A stretch of DNA of 60,273 bases, counting the filler, from Diploschistes diacapsis (taxonomy: Eukaryota): assembly GCA_023645945.1 (NCBI GenBank). It is 8 parts of 8 records of this genome, joined end to end, with 100 filler letters (N's around TTAATTAATTAA, not from the genome) between each part and the next. Parts side by side here need not be neighbours in the genome. Positions count along the whole stretch, not along the records: positions 46,213 to 50,851 come from JALAIB010001676.1; positions 50,952 to 55,567 come from JALAIB010001677.1; positions 55,668 to 60,273 come from JALAIB010001678.1; 5 more parts are not named here. One strand, 5' to 3'. This document shows positions 47,519-59,262 of this stretch, in pieces. A model generated the notes under the pieces. The model did not search any database. It was not told the DNA's origin and saw only the letters and a program-made list of their open reading frames with translations. The position numbers and the translations under genes were made by a program. Positions within the stretch are counted from its first letter, which is position 1. Every line of letters starts with the position of its first letter.

Positions 47519-49531
47519 ATGCATTTCACAACTCTCAGCGTTGCCGCTCTCGGCGCGCTCGCCCAAATATCCTCCGCCCTTCCACCCCCCGGCCACTCAA
47601 TCCATGAGAAGCGCGAGGTTACGAGCTCGAGATGGGTCAAGCGCGACAGACTTCCCTCAGATGCTCGCCTGCCAATCCGCATTGGCCTGTCTCAATCCAA
47701 CCTTGACCAGGCACATAAGTACCTCATGGATGTTTCAGACCCCAAATCCAAGAATTATGCCAAACACTGGACACAGGAGGAGGTGATTGCTAAGTTCGCT
47801 CCCTCCAAAGAGGCTGTCGAGGCCACAAGAGAATGGCTTGTGAAGTCTGGTATTTCCGGGCATCGCATTAGCCACTCTGATAACAGGGGCTGGCTGGCCT
47901 TTGATGCTACGACCAAAGAAATGGAGGACCTCTTGGACACTGAATTCCACGCATATGACCATGAAACTCAAGGCTCAACTGTGGGCTGCGACGAGTACTC
48001 GCTTCCCAACCACGTCAGAAGACATGTTGATTTTGTCTCTCCGGGTATCAAACTTGCGCCTTCCGGCGGATCGGCCAAGCGCAACGCAAAGCGCAACGAG
48101 AAGCGTGGTGTTCGTCAGAACCTCAGAAAAGACACTGGCCGCAAAGGTTCTGCCAGCTACTCAGTCTCGCCTATTCCGAACTCTAACACTACTGACTTAT
48201 CAACCTGTGATAAGATCATCACCCCTGAATGCATCCGCGCTCTTTACGACGTTCCTCCCGCAAATTTGAGCGATCCATCCAACTCTATGGGCATATTTGA
48301 GACTGGCGCTGCCTATGCACAGAAGGACATGGACCTATTCTATTCTCGCTACGCACCTCAAATCCCCAACGGAACGCACCCGAAGCACAACCTGATTGAT
48401 GGCGCCACTGCTCCAAGCGTCCCTAGGCAGGCTAGTGGTGAAGCCGATCTCGACTTCCAGCTCGCCTATTCCCTTATCTACCCTCAAGGCACCACACTCT
48501 TCCAAGCGGATGACCAGTATGTCACGAGCGCCTTTACGTACGGTAATGGCTTATTTAACACCTTCCTTGACGCCATTGATGGCACTTACTGCAACTACAC
48601 AGCCTTCAACATCACTGGCGACTCATCAGGCATTGACCCTACCTACCCTGACGAAAGACCCGGCGGTTACAATGGCACCTTGCAGTGTGGCGTCTTTCAA
48701 CCCACCAACGTCATATCCATTTCCTACGGTGTCCAAGAGCACGATCTGCCCGCCGCCTACCAGCGGCGCCAGTGTACCGAGTTCCTAAAGCTCGGTTTAC
48801 AAGGCGTGACTGTCGTGGTCGCATCTGGTGATGACGGCGTAGAGGGCCGTCTCGGAGATGAATCCAAGGGCGCAAACCGAGGCTGCTTAGGTCCAGAGCA
48901 CAAGGTCTATAATCCCACGTACCCTGCCACTTGCCCTTACCTCACCACCGTCGGCGCCACCATGGTCTTTCCCAACAAGACCGTCAATGACCCCGAGTCC
49001 GCCGCCTACGATGACGACCTAAGAAAGTGGTCGCAGCTCTTTTCCTCCGGAGGCGGCTTCTCCAACATCTACCCTATCCCAGATTACCAGGCGCCGGCCG
49101 TTGCCACATACCTCAACAACTGGAACCCGGGATACCCGACCTACGGCCTAAGCCAGTCCATGGGCGCAAACGGCGGCATCTACAACAATCAGGGCCGCGG
49201 CTTCCCCGACGTGGCCGCCGTGGGCAACAACATCGCGAGCTTTGTCGGCACCAACTTCTTCAACAACGGCGGCACGTCCGCGTCTGCGCCCATCTTCGCC
49301 AGCTTGATCAACTTGATCAACGAGGAGCGTATCGCGGCCGGCAAGAACCCCGTCGGCTTCGTCAACCCGACGCTGTACGCCAACCCGCAGGCCATGAACG
49401 ATATCACCAACGGTACCAACCCGGGCTGCAACACCACTGGCTTCGCCGCCGTGGAGGGATGGGACCCCGTGACGGGCCTGGGAACGCCGAATTATCCTAA
49501 GCTCTTAAGTGTTTTCATGGGTTTGAATTAA
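47519..49531 (+). CDS. Secreted sedolisin (peptidase S53, aorsin/tripeptidyl-peptidase-like), intronless
   Basis: Signal peptide, prodomain (VSDPKSKNYAKHWT), catalytic EADLD, oxyanion SGDDG, GGTSASAP, Ca-site GWDPVTGLGTP. Confidence 0.95.
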   Translation: MHFTTLSVAALGALAQISSALPPPGHSIHEKREVTSSRWVKRDRLPSDARLPIRIGLSQSNLDQAHKYLMDVSDPKSKNYAKHWTQEEVIAKFAPSKEAVEATREWLVKSGISGHRISHSDNRGWLAFDATTKEMEDLLDTEFHAYDHETQGSTVGCDEYSLPNHVRRHVDFVSPGIKLAPSGGSAKRNAKRNEKRGVRQNLRKDTGRKGSASYSVSPIPNSNTTDLSTCDKIITPECIRALYDVPPANLSDPSNSMGIFETGAAYAQKDMDLFYSRYAPQIPNGTHPKHNLIDGATAPSVPRQASGEADLDFQLAYSLIYPQGTTLFQADDQYVTSAFTYGNGLFNTFLDAIDGTYCNYTAFNITGDSSGIDPTYPDERPGGYNGTLQCGVFQPTNVISISYGVQEHDLPAAYQRRQCTEFLKLGLQGVTVVVASGDDGVEGRLGDESKGANRGCLGPEHKVYNPTYPATCPYLTTVGATMVFPNKTVNDPESAAYDDDLRKWSQLFSSGGGFSNIYPIPDYQAPAVATYLNNWNPGYPTYGLSQSMGANGGIYNNQGRGFPDVAAVGNNIASFVGTNFFNNGGTSASAPIFASLINLINEERIAAGKNPVGFVNPTLYANPQAMNDITNGTNPGCNTTGFAAVEGWDPVTGLGTPNYPKLLSVFMGLN

Positions 49532-52129
49532 AGCAGGGGCTGGGAACGATGGATGGGAATGGATAGTTCAAGAGTCATGAATTGCATAGCGGCATAGCGA
49601 CGGAGTTTACTTTTTGGGAGGGCGGGGGGTTTATCATAATATTTAATGCATAAGACTTTTTGACTTTACTTTTCACATGCATCCCTCGATTGCCATTATG
49701 ATGTTCATATTTTACCCAAGTAAACTTGCGGTCATGTCTGGGGTATTAAGAACCATCAGCATTCGCAGCCCAGGCAAGGGGACGCTTTTATACAGGGGCC
49801 TGGCTACAAGGCGCATCCATTTATTACCGATCCCTCTTTCGAGTAAGTATGTTCATTCTTTGGCTTAATCCAGGACCTGACCCTGCAGGCCGTGTAGTCA
49901 AAATTTTTCAGTTATTCGAATATAAAATTAATACGCTTTGTTTTAAAACACAGATTTTAAAGAATTTATGTGGTAGTCGCTGGGTAGCTTGGGGATTGCT
50001 GGTGGCAGGTGGTGCCGACCTTGCTGCAGCAGGCGATAGCTATGACGATGCCGCTTGGCATCTGCCGTATATAAGTAGATCTTGCCCCAGATTAGCTACA
50101 AATCTATACTCATTTCATACACTTGATTTAATAGGCTTTCTTTGCCAATTTATCTACTTTTTTATTTCTAGTGCTTCATTATTCTTTATTATAAAATTTT
50201 CTTTCTTTTTCTTTAAACGATTGGATAATAATTAGATATAAAATTAAAATACCTTGTCTATATTCTAGAATATTCGAAACATACTAGAAACTTATTAAGC
50301 AGTCAGACTAACCTATTGAGGTTAATACTCTGACAATTATCTTAATCATTTATTGCCTATCTAGTGATCCCACTTCCCATTTTCAACAGCCAGGTTTCGT
50401 TAGTGTCGCCGTTTTTGTTATTTTCGCTGGTATCGCCGGTTTTGTCTGTTTCGCCACGTTTCACCTTTTGGCGAAACCTAGCGAAACCCGCGAAACAGCT
50501 TGAAAAACTTTTCGTGATGGGGTAGTATAACTAGGGTATTAATATTTATGTAAGGGACACTGTGTCGTAATATTTGAAATGTTATTTAGGATTAATTCTT
50601 GAGTGTAGACTGCTGGGAGTTTTATAGCCAATATTGTGTATAAAAGTAAATAGGGTAACGAGCGCTAGCTCGATAATCAATCATTTCTTATCATAGGATA
50701 AAAATCTTAAGATTTTATTATATTGATTATTCCAGTGTGGTTTCACTACGGAGTTAAGCCCTAAGTCCGAAAAGACTTGGCGGAATACCTTTTATTTGTA
50801 AATCTGTAGCTAGACAATTTAAAGATACTATACAATCGAATCACATATGGTNNNNNNNNNNNNNNNNNNNNNNNNNNNNNNNNNNNNNNNNNNNNTTAAT
50901 TAATTAANNNNNNNNNNNNNNNNNNNNNNNNNNNNNNNNNNNNNNNNNNNNATATTAATTTAAATCGTACGTTTATATAACCGACGAATTTAACGTCGTA
51001 TTTTTTAATTAACTACCGATCTAAGTCAAGAAAATGTTCGCGTGACGCTGGTTCCTTGTCTTAAACTGACGAATAATAACGAGCGATTAAAATTTAGTAT
51101 CGACTTTTTATAATATCGTAACAAAAGAACGATAAAACAGATTAAATATAGAATCGCCGTTCTCGTATCTTGCAATTCTTTTAAAACACGCACGCCGTGT
51201 TTTAAAAAACCTGTTCCCCGTTTTTCCAATTATCTTCTCTTTCGATTCTAGTCCAGCCTATTAGTACATATATATGTCATCTTTCTTCTTTCCGGTGATC
51301 GTCAGAATATTTCCGTTAAAAAAATAGCCAAAAATACTACCTCGGACTTAAACGAATGACTTTTAAAAAAAACTATCCCGTAATTATATTTATCGTATCT
51401 TAAAGATATTAAAAAAGAAATTAAAATAAACTTATTTTTACTTTTTCCGACTAAAACTTTACCCGAGAAATTCTCTCCGACTTAATACAATCGTCTTTTT
51501 AGAATCTTCTTCCCACTTTTCATCACCGTTTATATTCGATAATTAAAAAGATCTCCGCTAACGATACTACTAATAGAATAAAAAAAGAAGTTCTCTAACC
51601 GTGCTAGACCCCTCAACTTATAAATTTTTAAAAAGCAACGTTCGATCTACTCGATACGTTAATATTCAGAAATCTTATCGCGATCCTTCCGTTCTAGTTC
51701 AAGAATCTTATACATCCGACAAAATCACTTCGAAATAATATAAAACGGCTTCCCGGAATCCGTATCGTAAATCCATCCCTTATTCGAAAAGTATTCCAGT
51801 CGAAAGAAGCAATAAACCATTTCACAAACTTAATTAAACGAAAAGATCGTTTATTCAAATCTTTTCTACGCTACGTCACTCCAGCCACAGACGCTGATTT
51901 TAATGAGCATTCTATTTCTCGCAGTTAGTACGCTCGGTACGCTCGTGACACGATCACAGTCAAGTTAATCAATATACTTCTTTATTAGTATTACTAATAG
52001 GAAGCTATTTTCATTTATAACTAATATCCTTATATCCGATAAAATAGATATCAAATTCACAAACAAAATCAAGAACTCTAAACGCTTCTATGTTTATAAC
52101 TTGAACAAAAACCATATCGAGAAACTACT

Positions 52130-54020
52130 CGAAATGAAAATAAATTAATCATCAAATTTAAATTATAAATCTAAAAAATAGCTCGCGCAATTCTAAAAAT
52201 ACATAAACGAACGTTACTTAACTATAACAACCAATAAACTTCCCGATATTATAAATATTTATCTAGACCTTCAGCTCGGGCAATTTCCTCTACATACCTT
52301 AATCGTTCTATCATCATCTCAATCTTTTTTTATTAATAAACACATCTACCGTAAGCTTACTAACGAAATTATAACCTAAGAAAGGTAATAGCCGCGTTCT
52401 TTTATTTTACGATAATAATTCGCATAAAATATGAGATAAAAATAAATTTCGAGCGTTTGCTTTCGCTGCCTCTTCTATACCGACAATAGAAATAAATTAC
52501 GAAACCTTTCAAGTTCTTGCATTATTACACCTTCGTTTAGTTCGATATCCTTTTTATTTCATTTCTTTTTTCAATAATTTCCGCTCTGTTCTCCATCGCG
52601 CGTTATAGTTAAGGGTAAATCCTAAAATCGCAATAATCGGCGAAAAAGATAAAAAAAAAGTATATTAAGTAAATACCTATTAGCCGATCTGTTTCTATAG
52701 TTAATACATCTCGCCGTTGTTAACTAGGACGGTATTAATTAACGAAAAAGTAATTATAAACAAAAGAAAAAAGAAGTATCTGTTTGGCAAGACCGAGCTA
52801 ATCTAATTCAATATAACCTTCTAGATTATCGACGACGCCATCTTCGTACATCCACGCAATAAAGTTCAGATACCCTTCATGATCTTAATATTCTGTTAAA
52901 TAAGAGCTAGAATAGGTACCTTCTTCCCTGATTCCAGCAATAAAGAATGTAGAGGACTTCGGTACAGGATATATCCTAAACTAATAATTATAAGAAAGGC
53001 GTTCACTTATTAATAATAAAATATCGAGATTACACTAAAGCGCAGACCCAGCGGTGGATAGAAAGCGATATATCGTCTTGATCAGCGCTAAGTGAAATAA
53101 CCGCGATCCAAAGAATACCACGTACGGAACGTCTATTAGCCAGCATGATATACCGCTATTTAATGATACGCAGTTCCTTCTCGTTATAGCCCTCGCAGAC
53201 AAAGCGCTGTTTGGAATCGATTCGGTGCAACAGCTGAACGATCAACAAATCCCCGAAAGCGATAACGAGTTTCTTCTTCGATAAAACGATTCGGTACTTT
53301 ATTCGCCTATTTTACAAAATATTACGATATAAAACGACGTGTTAGAAAAGCCTTTACCTAAAAAAAGCTTCGATCGTATTTTTAAAGCTGTCCTAGAACG
53401 TTCCGGATATTTTAAAAAAACGACTATCCATATTATACGACATTACCTTTAAAAAGAAGGTCAACGGTTAATACCTCGGACCCGATCGAACTCCCGACCG
53501 TCGCTAATTTACGAATAATATAGAAAAATATACCGAAATCGAACGATTATAACATATTACGCAAACCGATACTCGAATATACGGCTAAAATCGTGACTAA
53601 TACTTCTTCCGTAAATAAAAGATCCGCTTTCTTAAACGAGCCAGCTTAACACGATCACGTCGAATATTTCCAATCCCTTGCAAAGTTCCGAGAAAAGAGC
53701 CTTCCAACGAGCCTTCCCGTAGAGAAAAAGGCTGCGACCCGATAGGATCCTCGGTTAGTTATACTGAATCAAGACCGCAAAGAATAAAACGCTTTCTTAT
53801 TACGTTAGTCTTATTAAAAAACATTAGAACAATATTAATATAAATAGGTTCGAAAACGAAAGAACTAAAAATTTTTATTCGTAATAAGGAACGAGTCGAG
53901 GATAATATCAAAACGGATCTTTTTAAAACTTTATCTTATATATTCTTAAAGCGTGGTCGCCTCGCACGGATAATAATATCCGAAAAAACTATAACCGATA
54001 AAAAGCGAAAACAATATTAA
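52130..54020 (+). pseudogene. RIP-inactivated DUF3435 tyrosine recombinase (Starship captain); edges approximate
   Basis: Stop-ridden translation retains DDAIFVHPRNKVQIPF, RARIG, GLRYR, YRLDQR, NNRDP, FLL..ALADKALFG, TIHIIR, ERLQHITQTDTRIYG, AFLNEP, HDHVEYFQSLAKFRE..LP. Many TAA/TAG codons where Gln/Trp are expected. Confidence 0.8.
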
Positions 54021-54481
54021 TATTAAAATTATATATACGCGACGCACGGAAATGTTTATTTAATTATTACCGCGTTGCAGCTCTTCATTAAACAGAAATC
54101 ATTAACAGGCTTCTTTCTAGATCGGTATAAAATTGAATAATCTCAGTTTATCAAGACGTATAAATCATCCATATAATCTACCCAAACAGCAACGGAGCCC
54201 GCATATCTATTTTATAGAAATATTTTTTTATGATAAATACAGCTATCGGCGGGTAAAGAATTTCAAATCTCTTTTCACGAAGCCACGAACTTCAATAACA
54301 TAACCTCAAATATATGACCTATATAGTATATTTAAGGAAAAGAGTTTTCGATATTCTTTTAAGTTTTGCCCCTATACGGTATTAAGTTAAAAAAATATAT
54401 TAACGGTAGATTTAAACCTCCATTACATCCATAATTATTCTATATGAATTAAAGATTAGATTTATAACTTTTATATCTTGA

Positions 54482-55158
54482 TTAAAGTGCTCTAACACTC
54501 CGAGACGAATCGAGCATCTGATTCATAATACATTTTACTTCCTTCCAGGGTTTCTTTTCTTCAACAAGATCGATCAGTCGTTGAAGGTACTCTAGCTTAT
54601 AGCCTTCAATAGAACCATCATTCTCCACTTCCTCTCCAATCTCTCCAATATATTCTTTCGAAAAAATGTCCCGCTTCTTCAGGTTTTCCGGATGACTTTC
54701 CCTTCTATGTTTGCGCAGCATTTTATACGTTGTGTAAATCTTTCTACAGCTTAGACAACGTTTCAAACAATCATACCCTTCATCTATCAAATAACTTTTC
54801 CTGCAATCGACACAAACTTTAACTTCTAAAAGCCTGCTAATCTTCCGCTATACTGTTCTGTCCGTTCTTAAAAATATAAAGAAAGACTTACCTATTTTTA
54901 TCTCTATTATTACATTCTTTAATTCCGCAGTATCTTCCTGTGTCCAAATGCGCTTACCTTTCAAATACCTTTTATTGTCCTTCAGCCCAAAATGTTGACT
55001 CCGATAATAAAAATATCCATAATACTTAAAAATTTTTTTTAACAAACTATACAATATTCTTTACCTCCTCGTAATTCAATAGTACAATTACAGTTCATAT
55101 GGTTTTCAAGGCTATTTCGGCGATCAAACTTCATTTGACATTTGGGACATTCGTGCAT
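54482..55158 (-). pseudogene. AT-rich multi-zinc-finger gene, probably disrupted
   Basis: HECPKCQMKFDRRNSLENHMNC; YCIVC followed by TAA and a poly-A frameshift; gtaagt intron; VCVDCRK; canonical C2H2 finger CLSCRKIYTTYKMLRKHRRESH. Confidence 0.6.
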
Positions 55159-55667
55159 CTGCGGCCAAAAATGTGTTTCTTTATAATGTGTTTTTCTCGC
55201 TCTTTTGACTATATTTTTTCGACAAATATTGCAGTAATACTTATTATCGCGTCGCTCGATAACTGATTTTATAGGAAGTAGTGCAGAACTTATTTCATGA
55301 ATTAATGGATGGTTATTAGTTCTTTAAATAAGGTCTATTTCGTTGTAACCATGATTAACATAGGTTCCCGTCTTACTATGCTTCTCGTTCGTTCTTAGAA
55401 ATTAATAGGAAAAGTTCGAGGTCCTAGATGTTTATAAACGGTATCGCTTATTCGGTGATTCTATAATTAAATATTAACTACGTGGTATTAATATTATTCC
55501 ACGTTTATTTACCGGACGATCATCGATAATAAAATTATATTTATTATTATTATTATCGGTAGTAATANNNNNNNNNNNNNNNNNNNNNNNNNNNNNNNNN
55601 NNNNNNNNNNNTTAATTAATTAANNNNNNNNNNNNNNNNNNNNNNNNNNNNNNNNNNNNNNNNNNNN

Positions 55668-56366
55668 GATTTATAATATAAATTAAAGAAATAAGGATTA
55701 AAGATAAAGAAATAAGATATAAAAATATCACGAATAAGATAAAGATATCATAATAAAATTAATATTTAAATAAAGATATTATTAATTTAATAAATATTTA
55801 ATTTATAAATAATTAATATCGATATTAAAGTTCATTTATATTATAATTAATTATTAACGAATTTTAGAATATATATATAAAAACGAGAATAAGATATCAA
55901 TACGTAATTTACGCGAAAGACGCGGATTTAACGTATTAATTAAATTCGACTTATATAAAAAATCGAGATAGTAACGATATAAATCGAGTTAACTATCTAG
56001 CCTATTTTAGTAGGTAAAGAAAGGATTATAAAGATAATTCTAAAGAATCAGAATAAGAAAAAAAACGATTATAAAGCTAAACGAGGAATATATTAAGAAT
56101 CGGACAAGCGACGTTCAAGATCTTAGCTTGCGGGTACTTAAAGGGGGATTTTGCCCTTCTTATTCTCTCCTCTTCTTTAGTAATAAGTCCTAGCATGAAT
56201 CTGCCCTGCGTATAGCCATCTTGCCACATTATCGGATTCCACCCTTTACCGAAGAAAATAAGAAACTTTTTTAAAAAATTCCTCTTATGTGGGTCTGCGG
56301 CCTTGGCGCGGTACTAGGGCTGAGATCCCCTGTTTGTCCGGAGGACTGCCACAGGTATCTGTTACA
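55668..56366 (+). mobile_element. Heavily RIP-mutated relic ending in an LTR-like repeat (copy B)
   Basis: Extremely AT-rich block, then a repeat shared with 44860-44965, terminating in TGTTACA. Confidence 0.5.
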
Positions 56367-56927
56367 ATTCGGATTATTAATGCATAGAATATTTTAGATA
56401 GAAAAGGAATATTTTAAAACTAATTAGTACTAATTATATTAGCGTGAAATGTGCCTATAAAAGGCCTCTCACCCTCTATTGTTTATAGTTATCATCTTCA
56501 TCATCTTTAATATCATTACTGAATAATAGTCAGTTAAGTAGGCTAGGCAGGCTAGGAATTTTTCCTAGTTAGCATTAGCTCTGAATATATCTTAGCCTCT
56601 TGTTATTTATATTAGGAAACTTCCACTACTTCCAACACAATGCATTTATTCAAATACTGGCATAATCCCAGTATTGTTGGTCTTTTGGCTATGTGGCCTA
56701 GCGGTACTAAACTGGCGCTTTGTAATATCGCAATAGTACTTGACTTCTTCACACATCATTCTGCAATTCATAAGTGAAGGTAAATGAATGGGCTAGCCCC
56801 GCAGCCTGAGTTTGATGTTATTGTTCAATCCATGGACATTGCTAAAACAGAATAATTGTCCGTTCTTCTAAATGGAATGAATGGACCTTGATTCACTTGT
56901 TAACGGTTGAGATTACTAGCACTACTA

Positions 56928-58547
56928 TCAAGCTTGACAGTAGTTTGCAGGAAAACTCCCAGCTACTCCATTCAGCTCTCCCTCCCACCAATCATTTTTA
57001 CTCTCTGTCCTTTTTGTAACTCTAATTCTATCACCCTCTTTGATTTTCAGGTCGCCCTGGCCTTGACCAGAAAAATCATAAAGCGCCGTGACCCAGAGGT
57101 CTTGAAGGCTAGAATGCCTCTTCGGAGGAGGTGGTGGGGGCTTTTTCTTGTCTTGGAATTGCGGAGACCTTCTAGGCGATGTCGGAGCAGCACAATTTCG
57201 GGTGAAATAATCTGCAGTTGGACCTGCAGGCGCATACGCAGGGGTCAGAAAATCGCTTGTCGAAGATGATGCGCTTGCATAGTTGTAGTCAGGCACAGAC
57301 AGAGCCAATGAGCTATCTGAGGGAACTGAAGAGATTTGTGGCCCGGGTTCCGCATAATACGAGGGCTCTTTCTCTGAATTATAGATCTCGGATGGTGAAG
57401 GAGGATTTAATGAACTCGGTTTCCGCACTTTAGGGTCCAGCGCTCCGTGCGCCTCTGCTTGTCTTGGAGGCTGTCTGACCTTTTTCATGTCGCTAAGGTT
57501 GACGAGGATTGTCTCTAATTCACGCTGGGCAGGCTGGAATGCATCTCTTTGCATGGATATAATTTCCTTCATGGGAGGCGGAGGAGAAGGGAATCCCTCT
57601 GATACACAGAAGCCGTGGAGTTGCGTGTATATATGTGCAATCATTGCATTCGATATGCTGATCTTTGCAAGAAGGATAGCTGGTATGAAACGGTAAATCA
57701 CAGATAGTAGGGAAGGAAGATGTGTTCGGAGTTGGAAATCAGCTCTGTCATACTCCTGCATTTAGTTAGTACCTGTAGATAATCCCTAGCTCGCAAACAA
57801 AGCAGGCGCAACAGAGTAAGCATGATCAGCAGAATGGCTCAGGGAGCTGGGAGCGCAGTCGAACGTTGTCCAGTGTGCGATCTTTCTCACCTCCTTTGCT
57901 TTCAACAAATCTAATTCATGCTTTGCAAGTGCGGCATTTTCTCTTGGTGACCGGCTTATCTTTTTAAGTAGCGTATCTCGTCTACCTTGGTAGCGCTCGA
58001 AATCTAGCTGTCACTTCTCAGTATGTCATCACCACAAACTCGTTTTCCTTACTTTGTAATCCTCACGTTTCTTGATGTTCTTCCTCATATGCTGAAGTGA
58101 GTCCTTCACCTCCACTGCTGGAGAAACAATGCGAGTTTCAATGTCTCTGATCTCACCATCTAGATCAGTTGCCAGCTCCTGGTAGATTTGCTGAAGCTTT
58201 GACGTCCTGATGTATAATTGATGAGGAGTTTGAATCCCTTCTAGTTTGACAGACCCCGGCTCTGCTCCAAAGAAGGGTTGGTAGAGCAATCGAAATAGGC
58301 CAACAAGGCGTTGCTGCGTTCCTAGGATACTTCTCCATGAATACTGCCATGCTTTTGTTGAATCAATCAACTACCACACACACACACATACCAAGTCAGT
58401 GCAATGCTTCAAAGGCTAATGAGCGTCTTATCAAACCTCAAGAAGCCACTCATCAGTATGCTGAAAATCTTGCAACAACTGCGAAACTGATGATTCATCC
58501 TCCGATCTTGGTAGGAACTTGCCAACCCGTCTCTGCACACTCCGCAT
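56928..58547 (-). CDS. BAR plus SH3 domain protein (amphiphysin/Rvs167-related, 4 exons)
   Basis: MRSVQRRVGKFLPRS; IDSTKAWQYSW; IKKREDYKLDFERY; polyproline; SH3 ALYDFSGQGQGDL...WWEG...GSFPANY. Confidence 0.88.
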
Positions 58548-59262
58548 CTTGCCAGCTCGAAGTAGACTTGCTCCTTTATTAAGCTTAAAGAAATTGGTGT
58601 GGAGGCTCGTCACTAATGGGGAAGAATGCAATCTTAGTCCATTACCATGACCGCCAAAAAGTTTCCAAGCTATCCCCTAACAGACATTGCTGAAGGAAGA
58701 CCAGCTGAACCCTTCAATATGCAGCGCGGAGGAGACCTCAATTCTGCAAGGCTGGTGGGCAAATAAAGTATATATCAATTTATATGACCAGTTCAAGCAA
58801 GCACCGACAAGAATCCAGTACATGGGAGCCTGACGGAAGCCGAGTCTGCAGCAAGTAGAGCAAGAAGTGGATTAGATGATATGGGTACGGAAGGTCTGCT
58901 ATATCATGATTCTCGTTTTTGTTCAATACATAAAACGCGGCTCCCAGAGAGTACTCTTAACAGTATTAAGGGAAGAAAGCTAAGGGTAGCATGTAGAGTA
59001 GAGGGTCTGGCGTAGTATCCGCTTATCTCAGGAGCTCTGGATACCAAGTCCATAGGGCTGTAAGTTAGGCTTCATATAACTTTGTGTTTGCATTTACTCA
59101 AGTTTTCTTTGAGTATTCGGGCGGTGCATATCATCTGATCGTAATTAACCTCAGGACCAAAGCCACCATGCGCCCGTCAAGTCCATACATAAAATACCTT
59201 CTTATCAGCGAAAGCGGGACCGTGCAATCACGAAGGTTATGTCAAGATTTAATAAACACCTA

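Noticed and set aside
50952..51900. RIP-like region upstream of the captain relic
   Set aside because: Too degraded to assign a family or to locate a Starship boundary by eye.
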